Origin: Chrysomallon squamiferum
Taxonomy: Eukaryota > Animalia > Mollusca
Direction of reading: 5' to 3'
Assembly (NCBI GenBank): GCA_012295275.1
Contig: CM022671.1
Span: forward strand, 36,518,001 to 36,582,000
Length of the DNA stretch: 64,000 nt
In this document: positions 1 to 24,306 of the stretch, piece after piece
Numbering within the stretch: the stretch's first letter is position 1
Layout of the letters: every line of letters starts with the position of its first letter
Program-made: the position numbers and the translations under genes
Notes under the pieces: generated by a model
Seen by the model: the letters and a program-made list of their open reading frames with translations, nothing else
What the model was told of the DNA's origin: nothing
The model's database searches: none

Positions 1-4250
<4,250 letters not shown>

Positions 4251-4254
4251 TGTC

Positions 4255-5080
4255 TGATACAACACAAGGGCGCCGGAATGAAAACCTTAATTTTTGGCTC
4301 TTCAAATCTATCACGAATTAACGTAGATGTACGTAATGACGTCCAAGTAGAATTGTATCCAGGCCCGAACATCCGTCTTTTTTGGAGAAAGGTCACTAAC
4401 CATAAAAGTAATTCTCAGCCAGAAAACACAATTTTAAATACAGGAAAAAAACTGTATTTCCCTCAGCTAGCACAAACCAGTAAAAAATATGATAAGCTCT
4501 ATCCGTAAACAATTTCCCAAAATAAACTATTTTTTGCAGGAACAAACCTTTCACATGAACTTTCGGCAAATCAAAAATTATGCATATAATAAATAAATTT
4601 GGCAGCTAAATCTTTGAGGGATATAAATATATTAAGGTCAATCTCAGAAAACAAGTTTGAAGTAATCCAAGATCTAATCCATTGAACTGAAGGAACAGCC
4701 AGCAGAATATACTTAAACTGGGTAAATATCTTAAATTTAAATTCAGGTGAAGGTAAAAACCATTATAATATAGGGTTAGGTAGAAACACCGTAAATCTAA
4801 CAGAAAGGATAGATTTTTAACAACCGAGTTTTTGATTTGCACATTACTTACACAAAAACCATGTGGAATACATTTGGAATACATTTGGAATCAGGCAAAT
4901 GTAAAAAGAGAGATAAAATAATTTTCCCGATAATTTACCATCACCGCAATGTTGCCATTGGTAAAATTACGAAAGAGCAGTATTCTAACTTACAGACTAC
5001 TAAGAAAAATCCAATAACAGCAGTGTTGTCATATCTTGCAGACAAAAAGAAAAAAATCAGCGTCCGCGCAATTTTCTGAA
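4255..5080 (+). mobile_element. Degenerate, internally deleted non-LTR retroelement fragment with SGNH-like domain (probably Penelope-like)
   Basis: Decayed frame reads KTLIFGSSNLSRI...VQVELYPG...TILNTG, then KQFPKNKLFF..., then QDLIH*TEGTASRIYLNW (DxxH block V-like), then NTVNLT, and later DKIIFPIIYHH...SVRAIF. It contains several stops and frameshifts. The family call rests on motif resemblance, not a search. Confidence 0.55.
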
Positions 5081-6228
5081 TAATATGCCTGATAAAATTA
5101 TGTTTCGAAAGGAATTACTTACGAATTCAATAAAAGGTACGGAAATGTTTTCAAATGTTTTCAAAGAATATGTTATGTTTTCCGAATTTTTTAAAATATT
5201 TTTCTGAAATATTATTTTTTTTTTGTTACAGACTTTGAGAAAGGAAACATTTTAAATAGTGGTTGAAATTGTTTGAAATAGATTTTTGTAACTTTTTTTT
5301 TTTTTTTTTTTTTTTTACTAGTTTGTTTGTTTTAAATGTTACATTATTTTGTAGATTTTTTAGAAAATATATTTTCTAAATATTTTTTAAATAGTTTTAA
5401 ATAGATTTGGTAATGTATTGTTTTGGTTTAGAAATGTATTTTGAACCATCTCTGAACGCTTTTGTATGTATTATCATGGCCATAACTACACTGAGGCAAA
5501 CGACGTAAATGCCGTGATGCAATGCATATTGTTATTTAGGCCCCAGACCCGTCGCCCAAACTTTTCTTTGCTCCGCCCCATTGGACGATTAAGTGATTTT
5601 GGCTCATTTTTAAAAAAAAGTCTACCTACATATGTTATATTGTTTTGTTTGTTTCTGGGACCGTGTTTTTGCTAAGAATAAACGATGGTACTTTGGCGTG
5701 TGATCTACACCGAGCAAATTCAACCTTGTTGTGTGATCTACGCGCTTATTTTATTCTTGGTTTTATATTAATATTTTTCTTTCTATTATATATTTATAGG
5801 AACAAGGGCTAAAAATTAAACAAATCTGAATTTTGGCAGTCGCGAGTTTTGCAAATTAAAGTTGGCAGGATTTCACTGTTTCGTCTCATTGCTGATCACA
5901 TTGTATCAATCTTTTGCCATCGTCTTAAGGGTTTACATATTTAATCACACACCAAAGTAGCACCGAGTGAACTATACAATAAAGTTAACTCGTAAAGGAG
6001 AAACTTTCTTTATTTTATTTATTCATTTAAGATTTTTAATTAAGATATTTTGGAATGGCCACACCTTTGTGGTTTACCTTGTCACGTACTAGTGTCTAAA
6101 ATTAAACCATTTTCATCGATTATATTATTATACGTAATAACTTTGTTGTCGCCTTTACTTACTGAAACTAGCTGACTCACTGTCACACAGTTTATAGGTC
6201 AAATTGATATCGCGAGCGAACATTCAAG

Positions 6229-6878
6229 ATGGCGACTGCGTTGATTACTAAGATGTATCAGGTGTTGTTTGTTGTTTTCCTAGCTTTGATTACAGGTGAG
6301 AAAAATAAACTGAACTGTTATTTTCTGATTTATGATTTATTTATCACATTTACTGATTAAATACCGTTCCCGTAATGCAACTCGTTTTCTAAAAAATATT
6401 TTTAACATTTCATTTAACTTCCTGGTTCGCACCTTGCTCTTTTTATAATCCTAAATGTCTGAAATGACAAATTTAAACTGTTTTCTCTACACTTGATACC
6501 TAATGTGAACAATTTTATCATGTTAAAAACACACACCTCTTCGAAAAGCCCCAGATAAAAAACTAAAACAAAACAACGCTACTATTACTACTACTAGTAC
6601 TACTCTCTTACTACTACTATTGCTAATACTACTACTACTGTTACTACTAGTAGTAGTAATAATAATAGTAATAGGAGATTATGAAGAAGGAATAGTTATA
6701 TTTGATAATTATCAATATACATTTTATATCTATATCATTCCCTTTTATTATTATTATTATTATTATTATTAAAAATAAACATTTATTTATTTATTTGTTA
6801 TTACTGCTGTTGTTGTTGTTGTTATTAACAAATGAAACATTTGATTAAAACATTGTATGAATTTATTTATTTTATATA

Positions 6879-6914
<36 letters not shown>

Positions 6915-7050
6915 AATTACAGAACTTGAGGCTGCGTATTGCCGTAAAAGTATAAGTTGGCACAAGTTTGACTTTTCCTTCACGTACTGCAGTTACGGCT
7001 GCTGTGGTCCCTCCTACCATCAGACATGTTGTCCATTCCCGTGAGTATGA

Positions 7051-7125
<75 letters not shown>

Positions 7126-7915
7126 TCCGTTTATTTTTCTGAGCTAATAACAAATTTTCTTTTACACCCTATTTGTCCTTGTCACCTTATTTTTCAGTGA
7201 CGTCTGTATCACCCTGAGTCCCTTTATCACCTTGACTCTCTCTCTCTCTGATGTCTTTGTGTCCCTGATTCTGTCTCTATCTTCTTTTCTTTTTTAGCTT
7301 GTCTTTGATTTAGAAGTTTTCACTGCTACTAACAGTGCCAGTATTATAAGTATTATTAGTACTGAAACTACTATTACAGCTGCTACTTCTGTTACTGCTA
7401 CTACTACTTCTGTTACTGCTATTGCTACTTCTGTTGCTGCTACTGCTACTTCTGTTGCTACTACTACTACTACTACTAATGACATTATCACTATTGTTAT
7501 TACATCCACTAGCACTACTGCTACTATTAAAAATAAATAAATAAATAAAAAAAAAAAAAAAGTAAATAAATAAATAAATAATAAAGTGTGTATATGTATA
7601 TAGATATAGACTTAGATGATAGATAGATTGATCGATAAATAAGTAAGTTTTCTGATGTTGTTCATTCACTGTCTTTCCCAACTACAACACTGACGTGTTC
7701 ATTTTAGAACGGCTGTACTTATTGGTTGTATTGCCGGTGGAGTAGCCCTGCTCGCCATCGTTGTCGCCGTAACTTGTTGCTGTTGTTGTTGTCGCAGAAC
7801 TGCAAATACTGGACGAATTATTCAGACTTCGTCTGGTGTCCCAGTCGTAGTACAAACAGGTAAAAATACTCGGTTTTTGGGTGCATGTATGTGTATGTAT
7901 GTGTGTGTGTGTATT

Positions 7916-7948
<33 letters not shown>

Positions 7949-8421
7949 ATGTGTAATTACATGCGAGCGTTTATATATATATGGATTTATTTGTTTATAC
8001 ATATTTCTGTAGTACTTTCTCCATATCCATATAGAAATCAAGTATTTACTGTTTTCACTGTAAATATTAATCACTTTCTATCTGAAATCGTAGACAGTTT
8101 GTTATAATTATTTGCGTATGTGTGTCTGGGCTATATGATAGAACTGTGTCATTATTAAAGCTGTATTACGAATAAGTAACAAACTGTCTGAATTTAATTA
8201 ACACAGTACATAATGGAGATATTAAAACTATCACATAAGTAAACTATTAAACTCTTACATAAATAGAATATTAAGATATAGGTAACAAATAAAATAATAT
8301 TAAATCATTAGATAAATAAAATATTAAATGTTAAAACTAAATAGAAAATTAATAGAAAATTTATTGTGATATCCAGTTGTTGTTATTATTGTTGTTGTTG
8401 TTATTGTTATTGTTATTGTTG

Positions 8422-8477
<56 letters not shown>

Positions 8478-8639
8478 TCAGGAATGACTAATACTACCTG
8501 TGTCACACCCATGTATCCGCCCAGTGGAGGACAGGCCTCGGCTCCTCCCCCTTCCTATGCCATGCCGCCCCCTTCATACAGCGAGGTGACGGGCGGAAAG
8601 ACCCCGGGTATTGCCTATGACAACGCAGGGTATACATAA
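6229..8639 (+). CDS. CYYR1/WBP1/VOPP1/Shisa-like (six-Cys ectodomain) single-pass membrane protein, tandem copy B, complete 4-exon gene
   Basis: Exons 6229-6295 (signal peptide MATALITKMYQVLFVVFLALIT), 6923-7040 (YCRKSISWHKFDFSFTYCSYGCCGPSYHQTCCP, a C-C-CC-CC pattern), 7708-7859 (TM followed by CCCCCCRR) and 8482-8639 (two PPSY motifs, ending YDNAGYT*). All introns GT-AG, phases consistent, no internal stops. Confidence 0.85.
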
Positions 8640-9940
8640 AACAAGCGACCACCGTTTTCAGGAATGTGTTTTGAAAAATCAGCAGTTTTCTCAGTAGTCG
8701 ACATTTCTAGTGTCTTTCTGTTTTTCAAACAAGTAGACACATCACCTGTCTCCAAAATCTCTTCATGTGATGGAATCTTGATAACTGACACACACATACA
8801 TCCACACACACCAATACACACACACCCGAAAAACCCATTACTATTCTTAAACTATATTACTGGTAGTTGCATTAATAATAATATAGCGTATACTGAAATT
8901 TCACAGAGGCAGACATGGTAATTTGATCAAAATTGGTCACATTTTTTATTTTATTTTATTTTATTTTTTATTTAAACTATTTAATCGAAAACTATTTTGG
9001 CTTTCAAATTTTTACAATACAATCAAAATAATAATACTCTCACGTAACGCTGCACATTGTAGGTCACATTTATTACTTTTCATTGTTGATGTTCTTTTAT
9101 TTTTGCAAGTGATTTACAAATAATTTACAAAGTGATAAAAAATCATTTTTATTTTACAAACATTAACTAAATTAACGAAAACAACATGACTTACAATATT
9201 TTAAAATATTCTAAAATAAACATTTTTATGACGGAAATTAATGTAAATATTTTAATGTGTTCTAACGTAAACGTTATTTTGTGATGGAAATTAATGTAAA
9301 TGTTTTAATGTGTTCTAACGTAAACGTTATTTTGTGATGGAAATTAATGTAAATGTTTTAATGTGTTCTAACGTAAACATTTTTGTAAAGGAAATTAATG
9401 TAAATGTTTTAATGTGTTCTAGTGTAAATATTTTTGTGATGGAAATCAATAAAAATGTTTTAATGTGTTCCAAAGTAAATATGATGGAAATCAATAAAAA
9501 TGTTTTAATGTGTTCCAAAGTAAATATGGTAACCGATGATGGTATTCGAAAATGTACAATTATTTTGTGTTTGTAAGTAGCCGGTGAATTTTTGAACAGA
9601 AAATACAAATTAAAATGTTTATCTATGACAAGGTAGAGTATAACTTTGTACAGAATGACTTACACAAAAGAAAACATTATACGTTATCCTTATCATTTTA
9701 CTATCTTTTCTTCTTTTTTCTTCTTCTTCTTCTTCTTCTTAATTTGAATCATGCATAATTTCACTTTTAAATGTAGACATCAGAACTCTCTAAACTTGAA
9801 TACACTGTAAACAGGTTTGCTTTTTTTATATCATTAAAAATGTGTTACTTTTATTTTCTTAAATGTTTAATTAATTAATTAATAAAAATAATCATGATTC
9901 TTATTCTTGGTGTTGTTGTTGTTGCTGCTGCTGTTGTTAG

Positions 9941-10541
9941 TGTGGAAGTATGTGGTATTTGTTTTAGTTAGGATTTGTATTTAATGTTTTAGTTGCAGAT
10001 ATTTGCTTTTTAGCAGGCTTGGTCATTAATGTAAGGTTTTATTTACAGCTTGCCTCCTGTCAGCTTATTGTGTAACTAAAGTTTTATTTTATCCCTAGCC
10101 AGGTTATGCCAAACAATAGGCTGGTAACTTGTCATTGTGGTGATTGTTTCATTCAGCTTACACTGTACTAACACACGTTACTTGCCTTGCGTGTTAACTA
10201 TTGTTCCCAAACTCCTCTCCCAAGCCCATCAGGGAATAAACAACTTGGCTCAAGTGTTCAGGTTTATTTCTCCTGCTAAGATTATACTGTCAGGCCAGAT
10301 TTCATTTTTAAAAGGTGGAACTGAATTTATTATTTGAAAGTGGATATTATCTGAAAGATTGTCCTGTTCTCGTTCAGTGTGCTGGAGAATCCAGTTTCTT
10401 ACACCCAGGTGTCATCTACCTGGGTGTTTTTTCCTTGTCTTCATTTTTGTGTGACATCGAATAAATTGTCTGAACCCACCTGTAGCTGTTACGTTCTACT
10501 TCCTGTGTTCTGGAAAAGTAAAAAAATCTGATACTGCTACA
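9941..10541 (+). mobile_element. Solo LTR (601 bp) with 4-bp TSD TTAG
   Basis: Begins TGTGGAAGTA and ends TACTGCTACA (TG...CA, 8/10 inverted match). TTAG flanks it at 9937-9940 and 10542-10545. Internal AATAAA near 10460. The paralogous site near 2737 reads 'gttagtaatat' with no insert. Confidence 0.85.
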
Positions 10542-11269
10542 TTAGTAATATCATGCTATTTATTTATTTATATATCATGTTATTATTATTATTATTATGA
10601 TGATGATGCTGTGAAAGATGTTTTCAGAATTTGTATGTACTGCTACGTTTGTGTCTGGCTGTCAAATTTGCGTGACTTTCCTTATTTTATTAATTGATAC
10701 TAGACAATCTTAAGATTACATACGTATAAAAATGAATAATTTCATGTGAATATCTTTTGTTAATAACTCTAGTCCAGCCACCGATACAAAGTTTCCTGAC
10801 ACGAGGTTTCAGTGTTAAAGAGACGAAGTCAGTCGTCACAATCACACTGTGGTTTAACATATAGATAGATAGATAGAAATAAAATAAAAAATAAATAATA
10901 ATAATAATAATGATAATATTAATAATAATAATACCTAAAATACAATATTAAATATTATATATATATTTTAATTAATTAATTAACTGATTGATTTATAAAT
11001 ATAAAAAATAAAATGTAAAATCATTGTTATTCAGTTCAACGATTCAGCTCAAATTAAATACTCCGATAGAAAATGAAATAAGCCGAAGTATTCCGACGGT
11101 TAACGAAGTTTCACTTCCTAATGATAAACAGCAGAACTTCCTGTTAAACGTCAACATCATTTCTCGTGGCAATATAAAAGTTAAATGACAACAGGGATAA
11201 AATGAAGAAACACGTGTGATAGTATAACAGTTTGGCTGTATTATTTGTGACAGTAACTGAGTAAGTAAA

Positions 11270-18660
<7,391 letters not shown>

Positions 18661-21600
18661 CCAAAGTGGTCTAAATTGTGATCAAATTTTTAATTTTAAA
18701 AAACTGTTCATATTATTATATTTACTATTATTTTATTAACATTTGTATTATTATAATTTTGTTTTTATTGGGATTTTTTAAATTAATTTTACTTTTATTT
18801 ATTATTAAATATGATTATTTTTTATCTTATTATGGAAATATATCACATTTGTTAAGATTATTAATATTTATAAAAAATATATTATCATTCTCTTTTATAG
18901 ACTAGCATTAAGAAAAATATATCAAAATTTGTTTTATATTAAATTATTTAAACTATACACAAGTGAAAAATAAATGATTTTAATATTACTTATACAAGTG
19001 CATGCAACATATGACATACAATTGACATATCAACAAAATTTTAAAATTAGATCTACTTTTATTTTTATAATAAAATATCAGTAAGCTTTATTTTTTATAA
19101 ATGTGTATGTGTGTCTGTCTGTTTGTATATACAAAAACTCCCTAAGATGTCTAAGCATGCAAAACATTGGTAACAGGAGTCTACAGTAGGTTGAAAGTTT
19201 GTGTTTCATGATAACAATAGTTAAATGGTAACATAAATCTGTTCCTGACTGAAAGTTTATGTTTGATGATAAAAATAGTAATTATGATACGAATCTATCA
19301 AAAACTAAAGGTGTATCTTTGATAATATAAACTGCCAGAAATATTGATCTGATATAGATTTTATTTAGTCTCTGTATATACTTATTAAAATCAAATGTTA
19401 AAAGAAATGATTATATGTTTATTTTATTATTTTCTTTCTTTTTTATCTTGATAATGATAATTTAATTTTGAATTTTGAATTATATCAGATTATATCACTT
19501 TACTAGTACATATCCAGTTTTAATTAATCTTCAAATTTTCTTGTTTACTTCAAACAGCTAAACAGTTATTAAAATTATATAGTTATGAATTTATCGTGCT
19601 GGGGTGTCATTAAGTATTCATTCATTATTATGTACGTATTCTGACTCGAACATTTTAAATGTGGTTATTAGCTGTTTGTGATGTGGATTACAGTGATCTT
19701 TTATACGTCGGAAATCAAAAATTGTAAACAGCTATTTAGTGTTCAGTCACTCTACAATATGAAGTAAATATCCAGTGATGCTACAGCTGTGTACCCCTCT
19801 GTGGTACAACATTCATCAGTTCTGGAGTTTGATACAACACTGGTAGATTTTAGTTACACTAAAATAATATTTAACTACAGTTAACATTGTTTGAAATACA
19901 GTTCAGATTTTTTTAATCCAGGTACAAGATTGGTAATGACACAGACTAGAATTATTTAGCCTTCTTATGTTAACATTTGAAATTATTTAAAATATTTTTA
20001 TTTACAACTTAATTTATAAATATATTTTGGTTTTTAAGAGTCATATGAAATGGAAATTATCTACTTCATGAAACAAAAATGACAACCCCTCCAAAAAAAA
20101 ACCCCAGCTATTTTCTTTTGTACTATATTGTTTATTCTTAAAATGTGTAAATATATTTTTCTCTTTGTAACATTGTTTTATGAAAGTGAAATAAAACTAA
20201 CCTGTTCTTGTTTTTCGTTTTTTAAATACATTTATTATTAACAAATCAACAGTGTTTATTGTTAGATAATCAACACATCTAGTGTCTGATGGAAGTTCAA
20301 CATATGCAGTATGTGATATTAATAAATCAACACATCTATTATGTAGTGTAAGAACATCAACACATCTAGTGTGTGATGTTAGAAAATCACAAAATTGCCT
20401 GATGAAAGTAAGGAACATTCTGTTCTATAGCAGCAGTGAAATTCTTGCATGGGTTTTTGCTGTTAACAGACAGATATATTGTGGTATATAATTTACCGAA
20501 TTTGTCGAGTGTATCAAAATAAGTAAAAGAATTGGAAATTATTATTTTTAACAGCATTTATATTCAGTTTGTTTAAAATCATAATTTTATAAAGTTAAAT
20601 TCTGAATTGTCCTAATAATAAAAAGAACATCAGTGATTAAACTAAAACAAAACAGACTGAGTCACTTTAGGACGGTGAAGCAGTTTATTTAACAATGGCA
20701 GACAACATTTCACGACAAGTCATTGTATAATTGACAAGATACAGATAAAGACAGGTAACAGTCTATGTACAGGTAATATATACTTCACTGAACAGTGAGA
20801 AGCAGTTTACATTGTAGTTTGTAATTTTATCTGCTTCTCCTGTCAGTGCTGGCACTTGTAAATAAATAATATTTATATTAATAGGTAACTGACAGATGAC
20901 CGCTTCAAATACTGCCAGTTTGTTAAATGTGTTGTAATGCTAAAAACAAAAATACTGTGATACAGGTGTACATCACCAGTATTCTGTAAGATCAACGAAG
21001 GATTTTTTTTTTTTTTTAAAATAATAACAATCACCATGGATATTACAGTGTCTGAATATAGACTTATTAGTGCTGACACTGGCAGTATTTTGTATTACCA
21101 CAGTAGTATATAACATTTTCTTTACTTTTTCACTTTTTTTAAAATCATTAAAAGTAAATGTTAAAACACTGCGAGTTTGAAATAATTACTATAAGAGATC
21201 CAGAATGCACCTCAGACTGTTTTCAACACAAAAAGAGATGTACATCAGAATAAAAACTGTGTAAATATTTGCCAGTGGGAAGATCCCCCAATAAGTTTAA
21301 ACCTGCCTGTACAAGGTACAAAATAAAACAATAACCTTTTTTTAAATCTTGATTTTTATAATCACTTATTTCATGATCTTGTTCTTTTCTTTAAAACAAA
21401 AAAAACATCCAAACAAACTTTAATATATTATAATAAATAAAAATAATTTCAAGACATACACACACCTATTTTGTAATAAAGTTTTATCATAACATTTTGT
21501 AAGGCCAAACAAAACACAAAACACATACCACTTTTTAAATATTCCATGATTCGAAATCATAATAAATTAAAAAATTCTAAATCTGACATTTTAAAATCTT

Positions 21601-22055
21601 GTATGTTGACATCATAAGGAATAAAATATTCATGCAAAAAACTAAATTTGCAATACCAAGTGTGTCATAAGTTTAAAAACAGACTTTTTTTTTAATATAT
21701 AAAAAATAAAATATTATTATACTTTTTCTCCAGAAATACAACAGTAAAGCTATTCAACATAAATTTGAATTTTCTAATTAAACATGTAGTTTCATAAAGG
21801 ATATATAGAATTAATTTTGTTTTAAATGTCTGAATATTGTTTTGAACACACGATATTAATAAATAAATAGTTTGCAAAAAGAGGCACCTTTAAAACTGCC
21901 TTGCACCAACAGACTGCCATAGAGACATTTCATTCACATTTATAATAACAACGAAATAAATAACAGAGATGTTTAAAAACACCTGACGATTTACATTGAT
22001 CAAAGGATGAAATTCATGAACTATTTTCAGTTACTTTTGCTTCTCACTTTAAAAG

Positions 22056-22089
<34 letters not shown>

Positions 22090-24306
22090 AAAAAAAAATT
22101 AAAATCAAATTAAAAATAAAACCAAATGTGTCATGGAAAATTAAAGAAATAAAAACATGTATTATGAACTTGTTCACACTGTCAGAGTGACTACTGATAT
22201 ACTGGAGTCTCTCTCTGTCTTGGCAAAAACAACTGAATGACATGTGGATTCTCAAATGAAATATGTTGTCTTTACAGTTTAAGAGAAACTGTATTAATAA
22301 AAATTAACTACAATTTAGGGAAGAAATAGAATATTCTTCTATTGTTTTTGTTTTTATATACACATGTATTTTGTAATTTAAATATTGTCAATAAAAAAAA
22401 CCTAACAGAAATAACAAAAAAGATAACAAATGATATAAATATTTTCTCTGTGGTTTAACACAATTGAGCAGTGTGTAAATCAACACAATTCTATGTAACA
22501 GTGTTTCATGCTAAACCTGTAAAATTTAAATATTTGTAAACTTGTTAAAGTCTACCTATGTGGTTCTCTATACATACAAATCAGTGTCTTGTTAAAGTGT
22601 GCATATTTTGTTTTAATCTAAACTACATCCTTATACTTTTCAACCTTTTTTTTTGTTTGTTTCTTGTTAAAATATATCTGAACAGGTAAATGTATTTTGT
22701 ACATGTTCAGCTGATCATTTTTCCAAGTCAGTCTTCATAATGTAGATGAGTAATAAAAAAACTCTACAATGATTTGTGAAATCTGCCATTTTGTTTTACG
22801 ATGTGATTCTCACAAAGTTCTTGTATTTAATAAAGTTCATTTTAGTTATTTATATGTTTTACTTTAAATCAAACCTCCACAATGTTCATGAAACAACATA
22901 TTTTATTTCACATTTTGTTACTGTGATTGCCAAAATGGAAAAAATGATTTCACTAGACAAGGATATAACAGAAATTGTTAAAGTAACTTATATACAAAAT
23001 AATGTGGGTGTGGCACCCCTGGATAGAGAGAAGAGAGAAATCCAGTATGACAAATGAATCACAGATATGATAGTTTAGTGTGCTATTAACACAAATATAT
23101 TACACATCAGTTTAACTGATAGCAGTGGAAGAGTTGAAACCCCTCTCCAATAATTCCTTGTCTTCTGATGTCACTTGTACACCGATCTTACAATGTGTTT
23201 TGAAATTCCCACTTTCATACTTCAAACATCTAATCATTATCTATGAAATATTTTCATTTCACTTTTTATTAACTTAAATTTACTAAAACTGAATATGTTT
23301 AAACTGTTATTATGCTATCAGAAAGATAAACCACCCAACAGTCTTTACTATGACAACCAGATTATCCTAATTAAAAATCTTAATATTCTCTCACTGTGCA
23401 ATATTCTCTCCAGTTACAAGAAGACAAAATAATCGAGTTTCTGTAGAAATAGGTTTACACAGTCACATATTAGATAGACAAGGATAGGGTAAGAATTACT
23501 TATCAGATAGACCAAGGTAGGGCAAGGATCATGTATCAGACAAAAGTAGGATAAGAATCATATTTCAGACAGACAGGGTAGGGCAAGAATCACTTATCAG
23601 ACAGGTGAGAAGTATTTTCATCAGAGAAACTTTTCATTATAAAATGTTTAAAACACACAACAAAACAATGTTAATTAACAAGTCCATGACAAACCCCACA
23701 TCCACAATGTTTAAAATAAACTTTCATCATATTACAAATTATGCCTGTGTTTTCAGTCCATCTTCCAGGAAACACCTCAAAGTTTGTGACATAAACGGTA
23801 AAATAAAACAAACTCTTTGTATGATATGATGTTAACTCAATGGTGTTAGTCCTCTATGTGATATTATATAATACTCTTTTTCCAAAGTAATATATATATA
23901 TATATGAATGTCATTAACATATTTTCCAGTGTAATCTTGTTACTATAAATGTGTGAACATTTTATGTTGTGAGAATCTGGCAATATTCTACTGGAAGAAT
24001 TGTCAAACAAAGGTTATTAAAATAGTCAAGCACTTTTTGGTATTTATAAGTTTTTAAAACAATGTGAATTCTGCACCCCAAGCATCACAGTTCCAAATGA
24101 GACGAAATAAACCCTCCATATAATGTCTGAATAACAGGCTGTCCATTAACAGTCTTCACAGAGACTCCGATGTCAGTTATCCATCATTTGTTAACATTCT
24201 GAGTGGAGGCTCTGTAACGACTGACTATTAACATTCTGTCCTGAGACTCCATTATGAGTTTTTCCAGACTGTTAACGTTCTGTGCGGAGGCTCTGTCACG
24301 AGCTGT

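Noticed and set aside
5480-5530. Possible hammerhead ribozyme core downstream of the Penelope-like relic
   Set aside because: CTGANGA and GAAA core boxes are not intact.
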